64,000 nt of DNA from Candidatus Freyarchaeum deiterrae (GTDB lineage: Archaea; Asgardarchaeota; Jordiarchaeia; Jordiarchaeales; Jordiarchaeaceae). The DNA is taken from the NCBI GenBank assembly GCA_037305845.1, contig CP147778.1:864001-928000 (forward strand), given 5' to 3'. Each line of letters starts with the position of its first letter. The stretch's first letter is position 1. Under the pieces are notes generated by a model. The model was not told where the DNA came from and did no database searches. It worked only from the letters and a program-made list of their open reading frames with translations. A program made the translations under genes and the position numbers. This document shows positions 1 to 9,427 of this stretch, piece by piece.

Positions 1-723
1 ACTGCTAAATCGATGGCTACAGCTAATCTTGCGCTCGCAGAGTCCAAGAAGCTTAATGTACTTACGATTTGTAGCGCCTGCACCGGAACTTTGACCGATG
101 CTTGTGTTAATAGGGAGAATCCGGTGGGGGAGCAGGTTAAAGAAGAGGTTGAAAAACAGGGATTAACGTATAACGGAACAATTTGGGTTAAGCATTTTGC
201 GAGATATCTGTATGAGGAGTATGGTATCGAAAAATTAAAGGAGCATGTAAAGGTTCCTCTGAAAAATCTCAGGATAGCTATACATTATGGTTGCCACTAC
301 CTGAAACCTTCTGAAATATACGATGAGTTTGATGACCCTGAACATCCGGAGAGCGTGAAGAAGATTATTGAGGCTCTCGGGGCTACCGTTGTAGATTACG
401 CGGGTAGGCTTGATTGCTGTGGAGGAGCGACGATGACCTTTAACCAGAAATTGGGAGCTAGTTTGGCTAAGAAGAAGCTTGATAATGTTAAGAAAGCCAA
501 TGTTGACGCTTTGGTTTTGTTCTGTCCGTTCTGCTCGATAATGTATGATGGACACCAGAGATTTATTGAAGAGGAGTTTAACTGCGGACCTTATAATATT
601 CCAGTCCTCTTTCTGACCCAACTGATTGGTTTAGCGTTGGGTATAGACTCCAAAGAATTGGGGTTTGATTTTAACAGGGTTGATGTACAACCCTTATTAT
701 ATAAAATAGGTAAGGAAGGGTGA
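1..723 (+). CDS. hdrB: Heterodisulfide reductase subunit B (CCG domain), 5'-truncated by the window edge
   Basis: Frame is open from base 1. Motifs ICSAC, HYGCH, DCCGG and CPFC; directly upstream of hdrA. Confidence 0.9.
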   Translation, partial: TAKSMATANLALAESKKLNVLTICSACTGTLTDACVNRENPVGEQVKEEVEKQGLTYNGTIWVKHFARYLYEEYGIEKLKEHVKVPLKNLRIAIHYGCHYLKPSEIYDEFDDPEHPESVKKIIEALGATVVDYAGRLDCCGGATMTFNQKLGASLAKKKLDNVKKANVDALVLFCPFCSIMYDGHQRFIEEEFNCGPYNIPVLFLTQLIGLALGIDSKELGFDFNRVDVQPLLYKIGKEG

Positions 724-3059
724 ATGAAATGATTGGAGTGTTTATTTGTGAGTGTGGAGGAAACATCGGGGAAGTTGTTGACGTTAACGCGGTAAGGGAA
801 GCCGTTCAAAAAATTCCAGATGTTAAAACCGTGAGAATTCAAAGGTTTCTATGCTCCAAACCAGGTTTGAATCAGATAATAGATTCGATTAAAAAACAGA
901 ATCTGGATCGAGTAGTCGTAGCTTCTTGCTCTCCACACATGCATGAAGAAACATTTAGAGAAGCTGTGGTTCAAGCAGGAATTAACCCCTACATGTTTGT
1001 ACACACAAATATCAGAGAACAAGACTCGTGGGTAACAAAAGATAAGAAAAAAGCTACAGAAAAAGCAATAGCGATATTATCAGGAGCCGTGTACCGGGCC
1101 AGAAAATTGGAACCACTCCAACAGACCCGGGTTGAAATCTCCAAGGACGTTATGGTTATAGGCGGTGGAATAGCGGGGATAACGGCGGCTCTGCAGTTGG
1201 CGAACTCGGGATACCATGTTGTACTGGTAGAGAAAAAGCCGAGCGTAGGAGGAAAGATGGCTCAGCTTAGCAAGGTTTTTCCAACCCTTGACTGTGCACC
1301 CTGCATTCTTAGTCCAAGGATGGCGGACGTGGACAAGAGTTCCAATATTACGCTTCTAACCAGCTCAGAAGTTGAGGAAGTAGCCGGCGGGCCTGGAAAT
1401 TACCAGGTAGTAGTTAGAACTATGCCCAGAGGAGTTGATGTCACCAAGTGTCTAAGATGCGGCAAGTGTGAGAAGGTTTGCGAGGTTGAGGTTCCAAACG
1501 AGTATGAGGAGGGACTCTACACGCGTAAAGCGATACGCCTTCCGTTCGCACAAGCCGTTCCTTCCGCTTACGCCATTGACTTTGAAAACTGTACTAAATG
1601 CGGCGCATGCCAAGAAGCGTGCCCTGCAGAGGCTATTAACATAAATGAGGAAGAAAAGAGAGAAACCTACAACGTGGGAGCAATCATAGTCACCACGGGT
1701 TACGAACTTCTTGAAGAGGGCGAGATAGAAAGATACAAGATCGACGAATCATCCACCATAACCTCTCTCCAGTTAGAGAGACTGATAGAAAACGAACTTG
1801 CGGCTGGAGAAGTCTTGAAGAATCCTCAGGGTAAACGCATAAAGGATGTTGCTTTCATTCTCTGCGTAGGCTCAAGAAGCCCTCACAAGGGAGTTCCCTA
1901 CTGCAGCAAGGTCTGCTGCCCGTACGCGGTTAAGGAAGCAATACTACTGAAGAAGACTTTACCATACCTCAAAATATGGATATACTACATCGACCTGAGA
2001 ATGTCTGGACGGGGCTACGAAGAACTCTACAAACAGGCACGCGAAATGAACATAAACTTCCTCCACGGCAAACCTGCAGAGGTAACAAAGGATCCTGAAA
2101 CGGGAAGACTTCAGATAATCGCTGAAGATATTGACAGCGGCGAATTGATAAAGAACTCTGTGGACCTAGTTGTTTTAGCATCTGCTATGATCCCCTCCAA
2201 AGACCTGCCTGATTTAGCGGGTACGCTTGGCATCTCTATTGCGGAGGATGGTTTCATCGCTGAGAAGCATCCCAAACTCAATCCAGTATCAACCCTGAGA
2301 GAAGGTATATTCGCTGCGGGAACATCCCTTGGTCCCAAAGATATCAGAGAATCAGTGGTGGACGCCAGATCAACCGCTGCTCAAGCAATTGAATTCCTAG
2401 GCGAGGGATACAAGGACCTCTCACCAATTAAAGCGCGACTGGTGGGCGAGTGTCATGGGGTAGGCGAATGCGTAAGGGTTTGTCCCCACAACGCTATATC
2501 GATAAACGAAAAAACAGGGAAGGCAGAGATAAACATTCTTGCCTGTAATGGTTGCGGAGCCTGTATCCCAGTGTGTCCTTACAACGCCCTACAATTAGCA
2601 CACTACACAAAGGAGCAAATACTGGAGGAGGTAAAGGGACTCCTATCGGTGCCGTCAGAGGATTTGAGAATAATTGGATTCTTCGGAGACGCTACGGCTT
2701 ATCCTGCGGCTGACACTGCCGGCGTCGCACGTCTTCAGTATCCTCCGAATCTACTAATCGTAAGAGTACCATCTACCGCGGTGTTAGACATAGACACTCT
2801 CGTAAAAACACTCAAGATGGGTGCAGACGGAATCATGCTGTGCGAAAACGGAGATACGAAAGAAGGAGAATTAACGGAGCAGAACGTGAAGAAAGCGCAA
2901 GCCAAGATTGCTGAAATGGGAATGGAGAAAGATAGAATATTCTACCAGCCACTCGCAATACCCGCATACAAGTCTCTCCCATACCTAGTAGAAACCTACC
3001 TTTCAAGAATCAAAAAAATAGGAAAAGTAGGAGCCAAAGCCGCGGCAGCCCCCCTCTAA
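720..3059 (+). CDS. hdrA: Heterodisulfide reductase subunit A with fused C-terminal MvhD-like domain
   Basis: FICECGGNI N-terminus, GGGIAG FAD motif, FPTLDCAPC, CxxCxxCxxxC ferredoxin motifs, YCSKVCC, and C-terminal AYPAADTAG..RLQYP..GADG typical of MvhD. Confidence 0.93.
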   Translation: MNEMIGVFICECGGNIGEVVDVNAVREAVQKIPDVKTVRIQRFLCSKPGLNQIIDSIKKQNLDRVVVASCSPHMHEETFREAVVQAGINPYMFVHTNIREQDSWVTKDKKKATEKAIAILSGAVYRARKLEPLQQTRVEISKDVMVIGGGIAGITAALQLANSGYHVVLVEKKPSVGGKMAQLSKVFPTLDCAPCILSPRMADVDKSSNITLLTSSEVEEVAGGPGNYQVVVRTMPRGVDVTKCLRCGKCEKVCEVEVPNEYEEGLYTRKAIRLPFAQAVPSAYAIDFENCTKCGACQEACPAEAININEEEKRETYNVGAIIVTTGYELLEEGEIERYKIDESSTITSLQLERLIENELAAGEVLKNPQGKRIKDVAFILCVGSRSPHKGVPYCSKVCCPYAVKEAILLKKTLPYLKIWIYYIDLRMSGRGYEELYKQAREMNINFLHGKPAEVTKDPETGRLQIIAEDIDSGELIKNSVDLVVLASAMIPSKDLPDLAGTLGISIAEDGFIAEKHPKLNPVSTLREGIFAAGTSLGPKDIRESVVDARSTAAQAIEFLGEGYKDLSPIKARLVGECHGVGECVRVCPHNAISINEKTGKAEINILACNGCGACIPVCPYNALQLAHYTKEQILEEVKGLLSVPSEDLRIIGFFGDATAYPAADTAGVARLQYPPNLLIVRVPSTAVLDIDTLVKTLKMGADGIMLCENGDTKEGELTEQNVKKAQAKIAEMGMEKDRIFYQPLAIPAYKSLPYLVETYLSRIKKIGKVGAKAAAAPL

Positions 3060-3060
3060 A

Positions 3061-3108
3061 AGTTAGTCCTAACGATCAGGAACTAACTCATATATCTTCT
3101 TTTTTTTT
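3061..3108 (+). terminator. Hairpin plus T-tract after hdrA
   Basis: AGTTAG-TCCT...AGGA-A-CTAACT inverted repeat followed by a long T run. Confidence 0.55.
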
Positions 3109-3459
3109 AATTCATAATTTATAATAACCTTGATGGATAAAAAACTGAATTTGGATTTTCAGACCGCTCAATATCTTGCAGTTTATGAACTCTAGTAAAA
3201 AGCGAGAAAAAGAGATGAATTCAGATTCAATCTATGTGACTTCGAATTTTTTGCCGATGCTTAAAGCCTTGTTTCTTAAGGGTGGAGATGCAATGATTTG
3301 AATTTTAAGGTAGGTCGACCAAACACATAGTTCCCTTATCTGACGGCTAGAACTTTGAATAAGATACGGCTGGCTCTTTTGCCTAAAACAGCAGAGTTAT
3401 TTAAAAGCTCCTCAGTAATTTAATCAACTTTAATTTCTATAATTCAAGGGGTTTGAAAC

Positions 3460-5259
3460 ATGAGAATCATAAAGAGGGGTAAAAAACTAAAAATGTTATT
3501 CTTTGCGGCAATTCTTCTCACAGCAACAACCGTAATGGTCATCTCAGTCCAGAACCAAAACCAAAACACGTACCCACTCATCAACATATACATACAGAGC
3601 GTTTCCCAAGGACCCCCTGCTATCATTCGAGAGAAGACTATTCCAATCTCGTCTGACTACAATTTTTCAGGGAATGTCTATGATACTATAAATGTGACTG
3701 CGGACAACATAGTGATAAACGGAAACGGATACACATTGCAGGGCAATGGATCTGGAAACGGTTTCTACTTGAGCGGTAGAAGCAATGTAACCATAGAGAA
3801 TGTTATAGTCAGAGGGTGGCTATGCGGATTCTACTTGGAGAATAGTTTGAACAATAATCTTTTGGGTAACACTATAAATAATGGCGGCAGAATCTCTAAT
3901 GGTGCCAACAGAGGTTTCTACTTAGTTAACTCAAGTAACAACACTATTACAAACAACACCATGAACAACAACGGCTGGGGTTTCGAACTGGATTCCAGCT
4001 CGAATAACAACACTATTACAAACAACACCGCCCAAGATAACTTCTACAGCGGCTTCATCTTGGCAGGAGGGTCGAACTACAATAATCTTTCGGGTAACAC
4101 CGCTGCATACAATGGCTGGGGCGGTGGCTGGGGCGGCTTCCATTTGGATGGTTACAGTTCGTACAATAATCTTTCGGGTAACACCGCTGCATACAACGGC
4201 GAAGGATTCGATCTGTGGTCTGGTTCGTATAATATTATTACTGGTAACACTATCGTAAACTTCTGGGGTGGAGGCTTCGAAATAAGCTATTACTTTGTCA
4301 ATAACACTATTGAGAACAACACAGTCATCTCTACCGGCCCGTCTCTTATGGGTACTCTGTTATATGGTGTGTATATCTCGTTTTACTTTTATCAGCAGAA
4401 TATACCATCTGTCTCAAATTTTCTGATAGTAGGTTTATTGGTTGCGTCGGTTACGGTTGCTTTGGTATGCTCAGTGGTTGTCTCTAGGAGGAGAAAAGTT
4501 GTTGGCGCGGGCGAAGGAGTTTGGAGAATGCCTAGAGACGCGTTCTTAGTGGGTACAGTTGGAGGAATAATGGGATTCATAACCTCAGTCATAGGGATAA
4601 TATGGAGTATTGTAGTTAATGCACTTCTAACTGAAATAAACAGTTACTTAGGGCAATTGAGTTATTACACCAGCTTCTTGAATCCGATCACGAAGGTAGT
4701 TCCCTATCATGGCGAACCCTTCCCACTTCTACTAGCCTTTTATCCGTCTGCCTCTTCATTCTATGTATTATCTTTTATACTGTCTACATTTCTCATATTG
4801 ACCAGTGTAGTGATAGGTATTGGTTTCTATGGTACGTACAAAGCTGGTGGAGGGGCTATGGGTGTAGTGGGTCTTACCTTCAGTATTATAGGAATCACAT
4901 CGGGGGCTCTGCTAATCATTATGGGTAATCTAGCAACAGGCTACATGTATGTACAAATGCTCGTGGAAATGTCTTCTGCTCCCTTTTTGCCTGTACCTAC
5001 ACCGAACTTTCCGCTCATCTGGATAGGTTTTCTTATACTATGTGTTACTTTCATCTTGCTTGGTTCGGCTAGTATACGCGTACGTGAAATGACTGATAAG
5101 CCGGGTGCTTCTTATGCTGCGGGGGTCCTGAGCATCATAGGTGCGGTGTTTTTCCTTATAGGTAGCCTTTGGTATATACTACTAATTATTGGCTTCGGAC
5201 TGATACTTGTAGCTTTCATTCTCTGGGCCGTGATTTTCTACTCCTCCCGAAACCTGTAA
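3460..5259 (+). CDS. Surface protein: signal anchor, right-handed parallel beta-helix (NosD/PbH1-like) repeats, C-terminal multi-pass membrane domain
   Basis: N-terminal hydrophobic helix, repeated NNTITNN/NNLSGNT...GFxL units, then about 7 transmembrane helices. Confidence 0.8.
   Translation: MRIIKRGKKLKMLFFAAILLTATTVMVISVQNQNQNTYPLINIYIQSVSQGPPAIIREKTIPISSDYNFSGNVYDTINVTADNIVINGNGYTLQGNGSGNGFYLSGRSNVTIENVIVRGWLCGFYLENSLNNNLLGNTINNGGRISNGANRGFYLVNSSNNTITNNTMNNNGWGFELDSSSNNNTITNNTAQDNFYSGFILAGGSNYNNLSGNTAAYNGWGGGWGGFHLDGYSSYNNLSGNTAAYNGEGFDLWSGSYNIITGNTIVNFWGGGFEISYYFVNNTIENNTVISTGPSLMGTLLYGVYISFYFYQQNIPSVSNFLIVGLLVASVTVALVCSVVVSRRRKVVGAGEGVWRMPRDAFLVGTVGGIMGFITSVIGIIWSIVVNALLTEINSYLGQLSYYTSFLNPITKVVPYHGEPFPLLLAFYPSASSFYVLSFILSTFLILTSVVIGIGFYGTYKAGGGAMGVVGLTFSIIGITSGALLIIMGNLATGYMYVQMLVEMSSAPFLPVPTPNFPLIWIGFLILCVTFILLGSASIRVREMTDKPGASYAAGVLSIIGAVFFLIGSLWYILLIIGFGLILVAFILWAVIFYSSRNL
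3936..4196 (+). repeat. Exact internal repeats in the beta-helix coding region
   Basis: 25-nt repeat at 3936-3960 and 4005-4029; 35-nt repeat TACAATAATCTTTCGGGTAACACCGCTGCATACAA at 4078-4112 and 4162-4196. Confidence 0.85.
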
Positions 5260-5556
5260 TCCTTAGAAAAATACTAACAAACTATCACTCTTTTTTTGTT
5301 TATTTTCTAGGTTTATTGAATTGGTTGTTCGCTCTAGGGTCTACTCCAAACTGGAGGGGTAGGTGTTCCAGATGTTAATGGTTTTCAATTGTTCTACGAT
5401 AGTAAATATTGTGCAAGTGAAGGTTAGAACTCCATCGTAGTGTAAGGGCATAATATTTTTGTAAAAAATGAAGATTAATATGTTTGAAATAGGTAGAATT
5501 TTCTGGAGATTCTTGGTGCAATTTTAGATTCTAAAAGAGTTTATGGAGATTAAGGT

Positions 5557-6453
5557 ATGGTTAACGAAATAAAGACTGTAGCGGTGATTGGAGCAGGAGT
5601 TATGGGAAAGCAGATTGCTTCTTGGACTGCACTATACGATTATAATTTACGCATTTATGATATTAACCCCGAGGCGATGGAGGCGATGAGAGAATACATC
5701 GAGCGCTACTTCAAGCCGGAAGATGTTAAGGGAAAATCAGAATTACTTCGAAAAATCACCTATCACAATAATCTACCAGAAGCGGTGGAGAACGCGGACC
5801 TCATAATCGAGTCGGTGCCAGAGGATCTTAAGTTAAAGAAGAAGGTTTTCTCCCAGATTGACAAAGCAGCGCCGCCCCATGCGATTATTGCCACTAACAG
5901 CTCCTCGATTCCCGTCTCAAAAATTGAGGAAGCAGTCAAGCGTAAGGACAAGGCGTTAAATATTCACTTCTATCCGCCAATCAATCTGAGACCTATGGTT
6001 GATATCATGGGAGGACGTGAAACGAGTGACGAGACGCTTGAGAAGGGAAAAGCGTGGATTGAGAGCATCGGCTGTGTTCCACTCGTTGTGTTGAAGGAAT
6101 GCTTGGGCTTTGTCTTCAACCGAGTGTGGAGGGCAGTTAAGAAAGAATGCTTGAAAATCTGGGCTGAAGGAAACGCCGACTTTGAGGATGTTGACCGCGG
6201 TTGGAGAATATTCACTGGAATGAATATGGGGCCCTTCGCAATGATGGATGGGGTAGGTCTGGATGTGGTTTATGATGTCGAGAAGTCTTACTATAAGGAG
6301 AGTGGTAATCCCGATGATAAACCGCCGCAAGCGTTGAAGGATAAGATTGACCGAGGTGAGCTTGGGTTAAAGGCTGGGAAGGGTTTTTATGACTGGACTG
6401 GTTCACTAGATTTTACGTCTCCAGACTTTATTAAGCCTAAAAAGGAAAAGTAA
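5557..6453 (+). CDS. 3-hydroxyacyl-CoA dehydrogenase family protein
   Basis: GAGVMG Rossmann motif, ESVPE, TNSSS, HF, GFVFNR, GPF..D.VGLD, LGLKAGKGFY. Confidence 0.92.
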   Translation: MVNEIKTVAVIGAGVMGKQIASWTALYDYNLRIYDINPEAMEAMREYIERYFKPEDVKGKSELLRKITYHNNLPEAVENADLIIESVPEDLKLKKKVFSQIDKAAPPHAIIATNSSSIPVSKIEEAVKRKDKALNIHFYPPINLRPMVDIMGGRETSDETLEKGKAWIESIGCVPLVVLKECLGFVFNRVWRAVKKECLKIWAEGNADFEDVDRGWRIFTGMNMGPFAMMDGVGLDVVYDVEKSYYKESGNPDDKPPQALKDKIDRGELGLKAGKGFYDWTGSLDFTSPDFIKPKKEK

Positions 6454-6596
6454 TTTTACATTTTTAAAGGTTAAAGGAGAAATTCTTCTCTCCTTTTTTC
6501 CGGCATGTGCATGATGGTCAAGTAGGGGAATCATAAAACTTTTGGGTTAAATAGTGGTTTTCTTTTTCGATGAGGTGTTTAGTGAGGAGATAAATT

Positions 6597-7538
6597 ATGG
6601 ACGCGGAAGATGTTAAGAGGGTTGTGGTTGTTGGAGCAGGTACTATGGGTCATTCCATCGCTCAGGTTTTTGCCCAGGCCGGCATTGAGGTGGGTCTTGT
6701 AGATGTGGATGAAAAATGCCTGGAGCATGCTATGAGATTGGTAAAGTCCAATTTGGATACGTTAGCGGAGTTTAAGCGTGTGCCTATGGGTAAGATTCCG
6801 GCGATTCTCAAACGTATTCACCCATCTACAGATCTTGCCGCCGCGGCTCAAGATGTTAACTTTGTTATTGAGGCAGTTTCTGAAGTTGCTGATATTAAGA
6901 AGAATATTTTTTCGCAGTTGAATGAAATCTGTTCTGAAGATGTGGTTTTAGCTAGCAATACCTCTGGGCTAAACATTTTTAGCGTTGTGGAGGTCAAAAA
7001 GCCTGAACGGTTGATTATTTCCCACTGGTTCGCTCCGCCGCACATAATTCCTTTAGTTGAGGTGGTTCCGGGACCTATGACTTCTCCGGAAGTCGTTGCC
7101 TTTACTGCGAAGTTGATGGAAAGACTTGGCAAAAAGCCTGTGGTAATGAAAGAGTTTGTACGTTCCTTTATCGTCAACAGGATTCAAAACCAAATTTCTC
7201 TAGCGGTTTTGGAGATGCTGGATAAAGGTTGGGCAACTCCGGAGGAAATCGATTTAGCTGTGAAATCCAGTTTAGGCATTCGACTTCCTATTGTGGGAGT
7301 GGTCCAGACTTATGATTTCACGGGACTCGATTGTGTGCTCGATATAATGAAGAGTTATGGGAGAATTCACCCTCTCTTCGAGGAGAAGGTAAAGAAAGGA
7401 TACCTCGGAGCGAAAACTTCTAAGGGCATTTATGATTACGGCGGGCGGAGTGAGGAGGAAATTCTCAGGAAGAGAGATAGATTGTACCTCAAAATGCTTG
7501 ACTGTCTGGAGAGTATAAATGCTTTTGAACCTGTGTGA
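6597..7538 (+). CDS. 3-hydroxyacyl-CoA dehydrogenase family protein
   Basis: GAGTMG, EAVSE, SNTS, HWFAPPH, FIVNR, LGAKTSKGIYDY. Confidence 0.92.
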   Translation: MDAEDVKRVVVVGAGTMGHSIAQVFAQAGIEVGLVDVDEKCLEHAMRLVKSNLDTLAEFKRVPMGKIPAILKRIHPSTDLAAAAQDVNFVIEAVSEVADIKKNIFSQLNEICSEDVVLASNTSGLNIFSVVEVKKPERLIISHWFAPPHIIPLVEVVPGPMTSPEVVAFTAKLMERLGKKPVVMKEFVRSFIVNRIQNQISLAVLEMLDKGWATPEEIDLAVKSSLGIRLPIVGVVQTYDFTGLDCVLDIMKSYGRIHPLFEEKVKKGYLGAKTSKGIYDYGGRSEEEILRKRDRLYLKMLDCLESINAFEPV

Positions 7539-7641
7539 CGCCGTGTTTGATTAGCTCAGTGCTGGAGGTTTAAAGTTCAATAAACGTTAAAACTCAGGGA
7601 TGCGCTTTTACATTATTGTTAATTAATTGTGAGGAATTTTT

Positions 7642-9246
7642 ATGGCTGTAAAGTTCACTGATTCTGAAATTGATTCCGTTACAGTTTTTCGCGACGGTGC
7701 TAGAGTAACTCGCACCGCCAGCGTGACTCTGGAGTCTGGAACCCATGTTTTGAGCTTTGAGGTTCTCACACCTTACATTGACACTAACTCTGTGAGGGTT
7801 AAAGGCCTGGGCAAGGGCGCCCTGTCCAACATTAATGTTTACCCCCTCTGGAGGGAACTCCTACCCGAGGGAGACCTAGTGTCACTTCTTGCTAGGAAGG
7901 AAGAGCTTGAGAGGCAGTTAAGGGAGATTCAGGAAGAGATACAGTTCTACGAGGGACGGGTTAAACAGTTCTCAACGCTTGTTGATAGTTTCGTAGCCAC
8001 TTTTCCGCAGTTTTACTCAGCGGGGGAGAGTACCATAAACACCCTAACTGACCTCGACTCCCTCACTTCCGAGAAAATCTTAGAGCTGAAGAAAATTATT
8101 AGGGAGAAGTCCATGAAGCTGAAGGATGTAAGTGACGAGCTGCAAGTGGTGACGAACAACATTCAGAAGTACAGCAAGAGCAAAACAGAGCAGGTATATG
8201 TTGTAGACGTAACCATAGATGCAGCCCAACGCTCAGAATTCAAAGTTGAAATGGCGTACCAGACTGGTGGCGCGGCGTGGACTCCGGTTTACGATGTGAA
8301 CATTGAGAATGGAAACGCTGTAATTAGAACCAACGGTGCAGTGGGAAATAGAACTCGAGAAGACTGGAGTAATGTGCAGCTAACGGTTTCCACAGCCACA
8401 TCGAAACCCGCTGTAGTTATTGAACCCCAACCATACTACATAGATGTCTACAGACCCCCCCAGCCAGTATTGAGTAAGTCAGCTCGCGGAGCAGGGGGGA
8501 TGCCTGCATCGGCACCGAAACGTGATGATGGGATAATGGCTAAAGAGAAAGATAGAGGGGAACCAATGGAACGCGAGGAAGTGATGCCGGAAGCTCAACT
8601 CGCTGAAACCTTCGCTACACCAGAAGTAGCACTATCGGGAATCCAGATATACAATGTTCCGGGGCGTGTCTCAATACCCGCTGATAATGCGAGTCACCCC
8701 ATAGTTTTAACGGAGAACACATTCCCCTCTGAGAGGTTCTACTACTGGTACAGCGAGGCGGGAAGCGAGGTTATAGCTCAGGATGAAATCACAAACGGTG
8801 AAGGAGTCCTCCTTTCTGGAAGGATGAAGGTTTTCGCTTCCGGAGACTACATGGGAGAGAGTTCGATAGGTTTGATATCTCCCGGTGAGAAGTTCAAGCT
8901 GGGTGCGAGGTTCACTTACGATGTTAAGGTTGAAAAGAAGTTGGTCGCAAGGGAGGCTGAAAAGGGAGGAATAACCAAGGGCAAGCTTAGAAACGAGTAC
9001 AAGTACCGGTTAAAGTTAAACAACTACTCCAGTGACAAATCCAAAATAGAGCTAGTTGATAGAATTCCCCACAGCTTGTCCCCCGAAATAGAAGCTAAGA
9101 TAACTTCTATAAAGCCTCAGCCAGACAAGCAGGAACTAGGAATCCTAAGATGGAAACTAGAACTCAACCCCGGAGAGGAGACCGAAGTAAGTTACGAGTA
9201 CAATGTGGAGTGGAACAGAAACTACACGGTAACCGGACTGCCCTAA
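7642..9246 (+). CDS. DUF4140/DUF4139 (MuiA-like) protein
   Basis: IDSVTVFRDGARVTR N-terminus, coiled coil, AAWTPVYD, TREDWSNVQLTVST, C-terminal LRWKLELNPGE. Confidence 0.85.
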   Translation: MAVKFTDSEIDSVTVFRDGARVTRTASVTLESGTHVLSFEVLTPYIDTNSVRVKGLGKGALSNINVYPLWRELLPEGDLVSLLARKEELERQLREIQEEIQFYEGRVKQFSTLVDSFVATFPQFYSAGESTINTLTDLDSLTSEKILELKKIIREKSMKLKDVSDELQVVTNNIQKYSKSKTEQVYVVDVTIDAAQRSEFKVEMAYQTGGAAWTPVYDVNIENGNAVIRTNGAVGNRTREDWSNVQLTVSTATSKPAVVIEPQPYYIDVYRPPQPVLSKSARGAGGMPASAPKRDDGIMAKEKDRGEPMEREEVMPEAQLAETFATPEVALSGIQIYNVPGRVSIPADNASHPIVLTENTFPSERFYYWYSEAGSEVIAQDEITNGEGVLLSGRMKVFASGDYMGESSIGLISPGEKFKLGARFTYDVKVEKKLVAREAEKGGITKGKLRNEYKYRLKLNNYSSDKSKIELVDRIPHSLSPEIEAKITSIKPQPDKQELGILRWKLELNPGEETEVSYEYNVEWNRNYTVTGLP

Positions 9247-9427
9247 CATCATAATTCAAATACCAGCCACTCATTTTTTTCATATTCTTTTTCATTTGTT
9301 TGCTTGAGCGTTTTTGAGACCAAGAAGCTAAATAAACCTATTTCGTTTTTATGGTTTAGAGAAGCGTTTAATTTAGGATAAAGCATTCTAAAATCAAGTT
9401 GTTACTCGGCTAAATGAGGAGATAAAG

